Shown here: positions 55,535-64,000 of the stretch, one piece after another
How positions within the stretch are numbered: position 1 is the first letter of the stretch
Layout of the letters: every line of letters begins with the position of its first letter
Origin: Sandaracinaceae bacterium
GTDB lineage: Bacteria; Myxococcota_A; Polyangia; Polyangiales; JADJQN01
Length of the DNA stretch: 64,000 nucleotides
Assembly (NCBI GenBank): GCA_016712745.1
Contig: JADJQN010000001.1
Location: forward strand, 462,770-526,769
Direction of reading: 5' to 3'
Program-made: the position numbers and the translations under genes
Notes under the pieces: model-generated
What the model saw: the letters and a program-made list of their open reading frames with translations, nothing else
Databases searched by the model: none
What the model was told of the DNA's origin: nothing

Positions 55535-55565
55535 ACGTCATCCTAACGAACAGGGCCCGAAGTCG

Positions 55566-58187
55566 CTACCTGTTATCGCCTGGGACGAGCGCCTTGATTC
55601 GCGATAGTTCCACGAGCGCCTCGACGGGCGTCATTCTCTCAATATCGACCTGCCGCAATGCCTCTTCGGCAACGCTTAGCGCAGTCGAGCCGGCTTTCGC
55701 TTTCGGCGACCTGGCGTGCTTTGCCCCAGGCGCCTTACCGTCTTCAAGTGTGCGCAAGATCTGACGCGCTCGCGCGAGCACGGAGTCCGGCACTCCGGCG
55801 AGTTTTGCAACGGCGATCCCGTAACTGTGACTTGCGCCATCTTCGATGAGCTTGTGCAGGAAGACGACCTCGTCCCCCTGCTCTTTCGCGCTGACGTTCA
55901 TGTTTGCAATGCGCGGGTGTGTGTCACTGAGCTCGCAAAGCTCGTGGTAGTGCGTCGCGAACATTGCGCGGCAGTTCACATGATCGTGCAGGTGTTCAGC
56001 GACCGCCCACGCGATTGAGAGCCCATCATAGGTGCTTGTTCCGCGCCCAATCTCGTCGAGCAACACGAGAGATCGTGACGACGCCGCGCGAAGCATGGTC
56101 GCCGTTTCCTGCATCTCGACCATGAATGTGCTTTGCCCGGCTCCCAGATTGTCGCTTGCGCCCACCCGCGTGAAAATTCGATCTACGACTCCGATGTGCG
56201 CCGCCTTCGCCGGTACGAACGATCCGGCCTGCGCGAGGATCACCGCGAGCGCGGTCTGGCGCATGACTGTCGATTTGCCAGACATGTTGGGGCCGGTGAT
56301 CATCAACATGCATGCTTGCGCCGCATCAATGCCCACATCGTTCGGTACGAAGACACCCGCACTGGCAAATCGCTCAACGACGGGATGGCGTGCTTGCTGA
56401 AGCGCAATACGAAGGGAGTCGTCCACGGTTGGACGCACGTAGCCGTGGCGATGCGCGACCTCGGCCAGCGACGCATGCACATCGAGCTCGCCGAGCCGGG
56501 CGGCTAAGGCGTGCAAGCGGTGCGCATGAGCACCGATGCGCTTGCGTAGTTCTTCGAAAAGCTCGGTTTCGATGGCGGAGAGTCGCTCATCGGCGTTGAG
56601 GATCTTGCTTTGGAGCTCTTCGAGCGCCGGCGTGGTGTAGCGTTCTGCGCCAGCGACGGTCTGCTTGCGACGATATTCCTCGGGCACCGACTCCAGGTTC
56701 TTCTTGGTGATCTCGATGTAATAGCCGAAGACCCGCGTGAAGCGAATCTTGAGAGAACTGATGCCGGTGCGTTCCCGCTCCGACTCTTCAAGCCGCAGAA
56801 TTACGTCTTTGCTCGACGACGAGAGCTGACGCAGCTCATCGACGCGCGCATCAATTTGCCCACGGAAGACTCCTCCATCTCGTGCGTGGAGAGGCAGATC
56901 CTCTTGCAACGCTGTCTCGAGCTCGTCGAGAACCTCATCACACAAGTCCGCTTTTGCGATAGCGGCGAGCGCCTCGCCAAGCTTGCCCTTCGGTTCCTTG
57001 CCAAGCCGTTTGCAAACCTCGCGCGCGTGCACAAGAGCTTGCCGAAGCGAGCCCATGTCGCGCGGCGTTGCCACGTGCAAGGACGCCCGCGTTGCAAGAC
57101 GCTCAAGATCGGGAATCGCGTTGAGCGCCGTACGGAGTTCGGCGCGAAGATCGTGTTTTTGCACGAGCACGGCAACCGCATCGTGCCTCGCGCGAATCGC
57201 AGTCAACTCTGTGAGTGGAGACAAGAGTCGACGTCGCAACGTTCGCGCGCCGATGGCCGTGCACGTCTCGTCGATCAAGTGAAGGAGCGAGCCTTTGCGA
57301 TCCCCCCCGAGCGTGCGGACGAGCTCAAGGTTGCGGACCGCAACCTCATCCAGCAAAAGTTCGGACGAAGGGTCGTACGCGGATATGCGCCTGATTCCCG
57401 TGCTCTTGCCGCGCGTCGCTTCGTGCGCGTACGAAAGCGCCGCCGCGCAGGCGTCGAGCGGCTTTGAGCCGAGCTCGTCCAGAGCAGACTTGCAGGCGTC
57501 TGTGCCGATGCATTCGCCGAGGACCGCCAAAGTCTTCTTTGCGTCGTGGGAATGGTCGCGGATGGTAGCGCGCGGCAATAGGCGCGAAATCAGTGTGCGG
57601 ACGTCTTTGCCGAGCTCTGCCGGCACCAAGAGCTCACGCGGATCCAAACGCACAAGCTCCGCGACGAGCAACGCGTCGCCTGGAAGAAAGCATGCGCGAA
57701 GCTCGGACGTCGAGAGTTCAAGCGCAGCTAAGCTAAACCCCTCGCCGTGCGCGCAGACGGCGACTAGGTAGTTGTGTGCGCGCGCATCCAGGGCATCCAC
57801 TTCAAGCACGAGGCCTGGCGTAATCACGCGCACGACTTCTCGCGGCACGATGCCTTTGATTTTCGACGGGTCGGCCATCTGCTCACAGATGGCTACGCGC
57901 TGGCCCTTCTCGAGGAGTCGCGCGATGTAGCCCGCTGCCGCATGGTGCGGCACGCCTGCCATTGGGATCTGCTCGGCCTCCGTGTGCTTGTTGCGCGAGG
58001 TGAGCGTCAGGTCGAGGAGCTGCGACGCGACAACGGCGTCCTCGTAAAACATTTCGTAGAAGTCGCCCATGCGAAAGAACAGGATCGCATCCGGATACTG
58101 ATCCTTCGCGCGGAAAAACTGCTGCATGACGGGCGTGTGCTTGCCGCCGTTCTCGCGCGCGTCCGGGGACATCGAGGTACTACTCAT
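55566..58187 (-). CDS. mutS: DNA mismatch repair protein MutS
   Basis: TPVMQQFFRAKDQYPDAILFFRMGDFYEMFYEDA...ITGPNMSGKSTVMRQ...LVLLDEIGRGTSTYDGLSIAWAV...ATHYHEL. Its ATG overlaps the upstream gene's stop (ATGA). Confidence 0.97.
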   Translation of the reverse strand: MSSTSMSPDARENGGKHTPVMQQFFRAKDQYPDAILFFRMGDFYEMFYEDAVVASQLLDLTLTSRNKHTEAEQIPMAGVPHHAAAGYIARLLEKGQRVAICEQMADPSKIKGIVPREVVRVITPGLVLEVDALDARAHNYLVAVCAHGEGFSLAALELSTSELRACFLPGDALLVAELVRLDPRELLVPAELGKDVRTLISRLLPRATIRDHSHDAKKTLAVLGECIGTDACKSALDELGSKPLDACAAALSYAHEATRGKSTGIRRISAYDPSSELLLDEVAVRNLELVRTLGGDRKGSLLHLIDETCTAIGARTLRRRLLSPLTELTAIRARHDAVAVLVQKHDLRAELRTALNAIPDLERLATRASLHVATPRDMGSLRQALVHAREVCKRLGKEPKGKLGEALAAIAKADLCDEVLDELETALQEDLPLHARDGGVFRGQIDARVDELRQLSSSSKDVILRLEESERERTGISSLKIRFTRVFGYYIEITKKNLESVPEEYRRKQTVAGAERYTTPALEELQSKILNADERLSAIETELFEELRKRIGAHAHRLHALAARLGELDVHASLAEVAHRHGYVRPTVDDSLRIALQQARHPVVERFASAGVFVPNDVGIDAAQACMLMITGPNMSGKSTVMRQTALAVILAQAGSFVPAKAAHIGVVDRIFTRVGASDNLGAGQSTFMVEMQETATMLRAASSRSLVLLDEIGRGTSTYDGLSIAWAVAEHLHDHVNCRAMFATHYHELCELSDTHPRIANMNVSAKEQGDEVVFLHKLIEDGASHSYGIAVAKLAGVPDSVLARARQILRTLEDGKAPGAKHARSPKAKAGSTALSVAEEALRQVDIERMTPVEALVELSRIKALVPGDNR

Positions 58188-60548
58188 CGGAAAGTGTTGA
58201 GGACCAGGAACTCGTTGAGCTGCATGCGCACAAGCGCTTGCGATGCGGTGTCGACTGCGTAGAGGTAGCCGTCAACGTCGGTGTAGTGCAGGCGCGTCTG
58301 TTGTTGACCGACGTCGGCGCCCAGCTGAAGGGGAACCCCGCCTATTGAAAAGGCAAACGATGTCGTTGAAGTCACGTCGTCGCGCGCGCTGATCTGGAAC
58401 GCGACGTGGCGATTTGCAAACGGTACGCCTCCAAATGCGCGGCTCTGCAGATTGATGTCTTGGGCTGTATCGACGGTGCAAGCGCCGCCCGCACCTTCGA
58501 CGACGCGATGCGGAGATCCGCTGCGCACGCCGCCCACCAGGTAGGATCGTTGCGTGCGCACCGAGAACGACACGAGCTCGCCAAAACAGGTACGCAGGCC
58601 GTCGAGCGTGCGCGATGCGTCCACGATGTCGGGACGGCCAATCATCTCGCCCAGCACCAGATGGTCCGCAAACGACTCGCTGATCGCGAACGCCACGGGT
58701 AAGCGCAAGTTGGTGGCAGGATCGACACTGACGTAGACCTGGCACTCGGTGCGGGTTTCGCCGGGAGGCAAATCGGCCGTTATGATCAGCTGATCGCCCA
58801 CCGTGCCGCCGAGGCTCTCGGGGATTGTCGGATCAGACGCTGGGAAATTGTTTGCGCCGAGCACCCCGGCACCGCAGAAGCCGGTGTCGGCGATGAAGTT
58901 ATTGCTACCGTCGAAACGTCCCGCTTCGCCCGCCACGACGATGCCTTCGTATTGGGCGGTCCAGCCTTCGACGACGGCCGCCCAGGGATCGCCCAGCGTG
59001 CAGACCAATGCTGGAATGGTGTCGTCGAGCGGGTACGCTTCGACGTAGCCATTGGGACACGCGGTCATGGGTACGAGCGCTGGCAAGTTGCCAGGGCGAC
59101 GCGGTCGCACCGGTTGCACTGATTGGCCAGGTTGCGCCATCGGAGATGAAGGCCACGGAACCAACGGTGCTTATCTCGGTTGTGATGAGCTCACCGATAC
59201 GCGGGCGATGACGACGGATGAATGCGATGGAATCGGAGGAAGAGCTGCCGGCGCCGCCTTCGCACATGCCGGCTTCGCCACGGCACGGTGCATCCAGGTC
59301 GTAGATGTCGGCGATTCGCACGGTGCCATCGGCAAATCCAACCGCGAGAAACACGCCGTGCAAGCGATTCGCCGCGATGCTGATTGTGGCAGGCGGCGAG
59401 CACAGGCCGTTGCGTGGATCTCCGACATCATAGCCAGGAGTGATGACTTCCAACGTTGTCGCGAGGGGCAGAAACGCGAGCCGATCTGTCGTGCGAGCGA
59501 ATGGTACGTTAACTGGGAGTATGGCGCCGAAGCTCTCGCCGTCCGTGAAATCGACGGCCATGACATCTCCGTGCACGTCGATGGCGTAGAGGTAACGCGA
59601 CGAGCCAGAACCGTCGACGTTGGTAGGAACCGCAGGAGTAACGACGACATCTCGCACCGGGATTTCAACCGCGATGCCGGGAAGCTCAGCGCCGAGGCCT
59701 GCGCTACCAATGGGCAGGCGATGCACAATCGGGAGCGCCGAGTCCGCGATCAGAAGCGAAGGCGTTTCCGAAAAGCGATCAACGAGCAGGGTCGATGGAC
59801 GGGGCGCCACGCCGTTGGTCTCAGGCGTACGCGTCGGTCGAGCGCCCGCGTCAAGCACGGTGCCGCTCGTGCACACCCGCGCGTACGAGTCTTCGTGCGT
59901 GCCAGTGACCACGGCCGGGATCTCCGCTGCGAGTACAATCTCGGTGGGTGCGCCGAGTCCGCCATCCGGCAGTAGCTCGATTTGATAGACTGAGCCTCGG
60001 TCAGGGACGCCCGCGAAAAGGAACCTCTCGTCGGGCGAAATCGTCAGCGAGGTCGGGGCTCCATCGAGGCTTACGCGCGCCGCAAACGGGTCTGTTCCGT
60101 ACTCAGGTGTGCGAAATCGATTCGCGGCAACCGACCAAATATCGCGCGTGCCGGCGTTGGCGATATAGGCGTGCAACGGGGACCCGTCGCTCGGTGCGAC
60201 TGTCGGAACGACGATCGCCGACGGCAAATCGCCAGCCTCGATGAACGTATAGCCAGGAACGCTTTGGTCACTGTCCAGCAATACGTTATTGACCAAGTCG
60301 ACGGCGGCGATTTCGCCACGCGCAGTTTGCAATACCAGCGAGTGGAGCCAGAAACCTGGAGTAAGAACCCCGTTGGCATCCTTGCGGCAGAGATCGAGGG
60401 AAACCGCAACGTCCGGATTCTGGTTGGTGTCGAAGCAAACGAACGCCGCGTCTCCCGGACGCTCGAACGCCGCCGGCGTGAACGGCAGCGCATTGCTGCT
60501 GCACGCCGTGAGCATGCACGCCAACGTCAACGCGAAACGGTTTCTCAT
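58184..60548 (-). pseudogene. large lipoprotein (about 788 aa if repaired), beta-propeller-like N-terminal part; frame broken near 59095 (frameshift or sequencing error)
   Basis: MRNRFALTLACMLTAC/SS lipobox. Frame A is plausible to ...SVAFISDGATWPISATGATASP, then Arg-rich junk. The frame offset by one base continues GNLPALVPMTACPNGYVEAYPLDD... to 58184. The junction is at gtcgCCCtggcaac (minus strand). Confidence 0.75.
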
Positions 60549-61912
60549 CAGTGGAGCTCCGAACGCGGGCGCTGCGTTCCCACAAACGCAACGACGGAGA
60601 GCGCGGCATCGGCACCCGGCGTGGTGAGGGGAGCGAGATCAACGACACGCAAATTCGATCCGCGGAAGTCGGCCACATAGAGCAGGTTGCGAACCGAGTC
60701 GACCGCGATTTGGAAGGGCCCGCTGAAGCCGCGGATGATGCCAACTTCGCGCGAGAGATCTAAATCGATCACATAAAGCGTGCGTGCATCGTAGCAGCTA
60801 ATAAACGCGTACTGCGTGCCGCCAATGGTTGCAACGGTGAGGCGCGATGGGCCGGCGGATACCCCGATCAGTTGCTCCACGGGAAGCTCACCGTTGTTGC
60901 GCGGGGTCGCGCTCATGTCGGCGACCAATAGCACCTCCGGCCGACGCGAGAGCACGTAAGCCATTTGGTTCGCCGGGTCGAAATGGATGTCGCGCGTATC
61001 TCGGCCGTCGTCCAAGCCGCCAACAAAGAGCGAGCTTGCCTTGAACAGGAACGAACGACGCAAATCGTGCGCCTGCAGATCAAGCGCCACGCCAACGCGC
61101 GCGAGCTCGCTCGAGCGCGTACTTGTGCCATAAAGCAGCTGGGAAGTGGGGTCGTACGCGAGGCCGGCCAGGCCCGACGCCAAGCCACTGATGACGTCGA
61201 TCAACTGCGGCGCAGTTGAGCCATTCTGTGCGCGCTCGTCGATGAAGAAGCTCATCGCGCCTGCTACGTCTGCAACAATTACCGCGTCGCCCGAATCGGG
61301 CGGTGCCGCCGCGTCGAGAGCGGTAAGAGGAACCGTGATCACGCGGACTGGGTCAGCCGGCATTGCTTCGCCGCGCTGGTTGGCAATCGTTTCATCTCCG
61401 CGGCGATGCCCATCGTCGCACCTAGCAGGCGGGGCGTCATTGCCTGGGACGGTCCCGTTGGTCACGCAGCTTAGTCGACCGCTGTCGTCGACATCGATGT
61501 ACGTTAGGTTTCCATCGCTGCGAATTGGCACGTAGATGCGGTCACCGCGCGTGGACACAGCCATGCCGCCAGGGAACGAGCCGGTGCGTACCTCGTTGAT
61601 CTCGTACACTGACGGATCGAGCACGCAAGGAGCGGTCGCCGACTCCGGGCACATTGCGGGGTCGCGTATCGCTTCAGCGATACGCATCGCGTCGAGCGAC
61701 ATCACTGTGCCGCCATTGTAGCGGAGGTCGAAGTTGGCGTTAGCCACGAAGAGAAATGCTGGCGCCCCGTCCGCTGCCAGGGCGGGTGAGAGCGCCACCT
61801 CGGCCGGAAAATTGAATGTGCCCTGCACAGGGTCGACGCCCGCTTGGTCGAGGCTGCACGCCGGCGTTAAAATCGCCAGCAGCACCGTCGTAAAATGGGG
61901 AAAAGCCCTCAT
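60548..61912 (-). CDS. lipoprotein, YncE-like beta-propeller repeats (tentative)
   Basis: MRAFPHFTTVLLAILTPAC/SL lipobox. Recurrent propeller-blade-like strings: PAFLFVANANFD..., GDRIYVPIRSDGNLTYIDV, QLLYGTSTRSSELARV, QMAYVLSRRPEVLLVADM, TQYAFISCYDARTLYVIDL, NLLYVADFRGSNLRVVDL. TGATG overlap with the downstream gene. Confidence 0.7.
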   Translation of the reverse strand: MRAFPHFTTVLLAILTPACSLDQAGVDPVQGTFNFPAEVALSPALAADGAPAFLFVANANFDLRYNGGTVMSLDAMRIAEAIRDPAMCPESATAPCVLDPSVYEINEVRTGSFPGGMAVSTRGDRIYVPIRSDGNLTYIDVDDSGRLSCVTNGTVPGNDAPPARCDDGHRRGDETIANQRGEAMPADPVRVITVPLTALDAAAPPDSGDAVIVADVAGAMSFFIDERAQNGSTAPQLIDVISGLASGLAGLAYDPTSQLLYGTSTRSSELARVGVALDLQAHDLRRSFLFKASSLFVGGLDDGRDTRDIHFDPANQMAYVLSRRPEVLLVADMSATPRNNGELPVEQLIGVSAGPSRLTVATIGGTQYAFISCYDARTLYVIDLDLSREVGIIRGFSGPFQIAVDSVRNLLYVADFRGSNLRVVDLAPLTTPGADAALSVVAFVGTQRPRSELH

Positions 61913-61998
61913 GGGGACGGGAACTTAGACGTAAGCCGCCCCTACCGCAACCATCGCGACCTGCAAACGCTAGCCCCTGTCGTTCGCCCGCGCGCGAC

Positions 61999-63570
61999 TC
62001 AGTTCCAGGGGTCGACGACTTCGCTCTGACGCGCGGGCGGCCGAACGGGTGTTTGCGGCGCTGGCGACGCAGCCTGCGCTGCTGGCGCAGCGGGACCCGG
62101 GTTCACGCCTGAACGGCGCGGCCCCGCAACCCGGGCGCGCGGCAGGGGGATGTTGACCTCGGTATTGGTCAGAGACGAGATCCGAAAAGCCTGAGTCGCG
62201 TACCCGGCAAGGCGCAGTTCCACTGCGATGTTGGTTGCGTCGGTCGGGCGCTGAATGCGCACCGGAGTTGTCCCGAGGAGTTCACTGCCTTGGTAGACCG
62301 CGGCGCCGGGCGGGTCGCTCGCAAGCGTGACGATGGCCACGGCCGGCGCCCCGGGAGCGGCCGCCGGCTGCGCGAGTACGGCTTGCTGCGCAGGCGGCGA
62401 TGCAGGCGCCTGGGGAGCTACAGCGAGCGCCGCGGAAACGTTCGTCGCGGGGGATGCGGCCGCTGGCTTGAATGCAAAGTAGATCCCGAGCGCGCCGATC
62501 AATACGACGCCGCCTACCACACCCAACATCGGTCCTTTGCTGCGTCGCGGCTGCGCTACGTCTTCGGAATCCTCGTAGCCCATCTGCTGTGCAGCGCGCG
62601 ACGAAGCATCCGTGCGAACGGTGCTGGGGCCACGACTCGCAGCTTCGGTGACCGCGTGAGTCACTGTCCCAGCTTCAATGCGTTCGAGATCCGCGCGCAT
62701 CTCGGCCATCGTCTGGTAGCGAAGGTCCGGTTTCTTGGCGAGGCACTTCATGATCACCGCCTCAAGCGGTGCCGACACGTTCACTGGCGGAGCGAGCTCG
62801 CGCGGCGGCACGGGGTTCTCGTAGAGATGCTTCGTGAGAATGCCCATGAGGTTGTCGGCGTCGAACGGAACCCGGCCGCTCGTCATTTCGTACAGGATCA
62901 CGCCGACCGCGTAGATGTCGGTGCGATGATCGACGTCCGTGCCGGCGCATTGCTCGGGAGACATGTAGTGCGGAGTTCCGAAAACCTGACCTGCACGGGT
63001 CAGCTTGCTTGTGGCTCCGCCCACCTTGGCGATACCGAAATCAAGCACTTTAACGAAGTCTTTGTCGTTGCTTCGCGGTACCAAGTAAATGTTGTCGGGC
63101 TTCAAGTCGCGATGAACGATGCCGCGTTCGTGCGCGGCGCCAAGGCCGTGACAGAGCTGCTTTGCGATGTGCACCACCCGCGACGAGGGGATCGGGCGGT
63201 CGGCTTCGATCACCTTCGTGAGCGAAAGACCGTCCAAAAATTCCATGACGAAATAGGTCGAGCCGTCGGGCAGCGCGCCGAAATCACTAATATCGATGAT
63301 GTGCTCGTTGCCGATCGACGTCGCACTCTGAGCTTCCTGGCGGAAGCGCGTGACGATTTCGACATCGCGCGAAACTTCGGCGCGGAGAACTTTGACGGCG
63401 AGCGTCTTGCCGAGCGCAGTGTGCTTCGCGCGGTAGACCAGGCCCATGCCGCCTTCACCGAGAATGCTTTCGATGAGGTATCGGCCGTCGAGCACTCTGC
63501 CAACGAGCGGGTCGACCGCCATGGTCGGCCCTTCTTCGTCGACCAAACGAAGGTGATTCGACGTGCTCAT
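61999..63570 (-). CDS. Ser/Thr protein kinase with a transmembrane helix and a C-terminal PEGA-like domain
   Basis: GRYLIESILGEGGMGLVYRA...LAVKVL...IVHRDLKPDNIYL...VLDFGIAKV...GTPHYMSPEQ. TM helix MLGVVGGVVLIGALGIYFAF. C-terminus VTLASDPPGAAVYQGSELLGTTPVRI...VELRLAGYATQAF. Confidence 0.92.
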   Translation of the reverse strand: MSTSNHLRLVDEEGPTMAVDPLVGRVLDGRYLIESILGEGGMGLVYRAKHTALGKTLAVKVLRAEVSRDVEIVTRFRQEAQSATSIGNEHIIDISDFGALPDGSTYFVMEFLDGLSLTKVIEADRPIPSSRVVHIAKQLCHGLGAAHERGIVHRDLKPDNIYLVPRSNDKDFVKVLDFGIAKVGGATSKLTRAGQVFGTPHYMSPEQCAGTDVDHRTDIYAVGVILYEMTSGRVPFDADNLMGILTKHLYENPVPPRELAPPVNVSAPLEAVIMKCLAKKPDLRYQTMAEMRADLERIEAGTVTHAVTEAASRGPSTVRTDASSRAAQQMGYEDSEDVAQPRRSKGPMLGVVGGVVLIGALGIYFAFKPAAASPATNVSAALAVAPQAPASPPAQQAVLAQPAAAPGAPAVAIVTLASDPPGAAVYQGSELLGTTPVRIQRPTDATNIAVELRLAGYATQAFRISSLTNTEVNIPLPRARVAGPRRSGVNPGPAAPAAQAASPAPQTPVRPPARQSEVVDPWN

Positions 63571-63701
63571 ACTGATTCCCCTACTGCCACGTGATTCTCG
63601 AAAGGTATCGGCGCTGCGGCGCCACTCGATTCATACGGTCCATGATGAGCGAATTGAGTGGGCATGCTCATTTTTTGTCGAGTTTGGGGCATTGGATCGC
63701 T

Positions 63702-64000
63702 TCAGCGTGCCATAGCCGCCGCGGCTTTACCCGCAGAAAGCCTGGCCGCTGGAACAAGGGATGGCCCGCACGACACTCCATTTGCGCCAATCTCCTGGGC
63801 AAAGCCGATCGTTGCCGTGTCGGCCGCGTGCTCCCCACAGAGGTACACATGAAGGTTTTCGCGCACCGAGCGTGCCTCCAAAATGGCGAGGCGCATGAGC
63901 GCGCCGACCCCGTTACGATCGAGAGAACGAAACGGATCGACCGAAAGAGAAGTCGGTTCGAGACGCTTATACGCGGACAGCCAGTTGTGCGCATCGTCGC
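63702..64000 (-). CDS. ppdK: C-terminal end of a PEP-utilising enzyme, pyruvate phosphate dikinase-like (5' part outside the window)
   Basis: The frame is open to the window edge: ...DDAHNWLSAYKRLEPTSLSVDPFRSLDRNGVGALMRLAILEARSVRENLHVYLCGEHAADTATIGFAQEIGANGVSCGPSLVPAARLSAGKAA. This matches the PPDK C-terminal pattern DPF..LD..GVG.L....(I)CGEHGGDP..I.F....GL.YVSCSP.RVP.ARLAAAQA. It is somewhat divergent, so the symbol is tentative. Confidence 0.6.
   Translation of the reverse strand, partial: DDAHNWLSAYKRLEPTSLSVDPFRSLDRNGVGALMRLAILEARSVRENLHVYLCGEHAADTATIGFAQEIGANGVSCGPSLVPAARLSAGKAAAAMAR

Noticed and set aside
62290-63594. 434-aa plus-strand ORF, the longest of many long ORFs antisense to confidently identified genes. 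Others include 1921-2817(-), 9948-10853(-), 19866-20795(+), 27750-28649(-), 34804-35538(+), 37761-38570(+), 44752-45654(-), 53622-54458(+), 56610-57467(+) and 59052-59975(+).
   Set aside because: Each lies opposite a gene with clear family motifs (kinase, CorC, SpeE-like, rpsA, cysN, hisC, mutS and so on). Their translations are Arg/Gly/His-rich with no motifs. Long stop-free antisense frames are expected in GC-rich DNA.
63571-63701. Sigma-54-like TGGCAC just after the PPDK-like stop and short GC hairpins upstream of the kinase gene.
   Set aside because: The TGGCAC lacks a correctly spaced GC (-12) element. The hairpins (GGCGC-CGCA-GCGCC and ATGAGC/GCTCAT) are short, have no U-tract and are not above what is expected in GC-rich spacers.

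Overview
GC-rich chromosomal window that looks like Myxococcota. It has three Hanks-type Ser/Thr kinases plus a PP2C phosphatase, a MYXO-CTERM-like sorting tail, a sigma-54-type promoter candidate, and many lipoproteins and Cys-rich or repeat-rich secreted proteins. I count about 48 protein-coding genes at high density, many with 1-4 nt stop/start overlaps. I found no rRNA, tRNA, CRISPR array, transposase, integrase or phage gene. Recognisable housekeeping blocks are gap-pgk-tpiA-secG, cysD-cysN, rpsA, a long minus-strand run mutS-pheA-hisC-(lipoprotein)-aroA-cmk, and the 3' end of a PPDK-like gene at the right edge. Accessory content includes a CorC/HupE metal-transport trio, a FliA-type sigma factor with three small unknown genes (one with an SctI/PrgJ-like C-terminus), and a 1278-aa membrane-fused spermidine-synthase-like protein. 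There is also a co-directional TPR-like/ABC/ABC/STAND-kinase cluster opposite a PP2C gene, a PKD-repeat lipoprotein paired with a TSP3+VWA lipoprotein, and a 1403-aa gingipain (C25)-like protease. Two large lipoproteins are translationally coupled to mutS. Four genes (ABC transporter, M28 peptidase, cyclophilin, large lipoprotein) are each split by an apparent single-base frameshift at a short homopolymer. I cannot tell assembly error from real decay using sequence alone. Non-coding oddities are a perfect 2 x 51 bp tandem duplication beside a 21/22-bp hairpin between cysN and a thioesterase gene, a (CCGAGT)9 coding microsatellite, and a G8 tract. I did not recognise any known defence or mobile system, so the candidate novel systems below are inferences from gene context. 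All family calls come from motif recognition by eye, not database searches.
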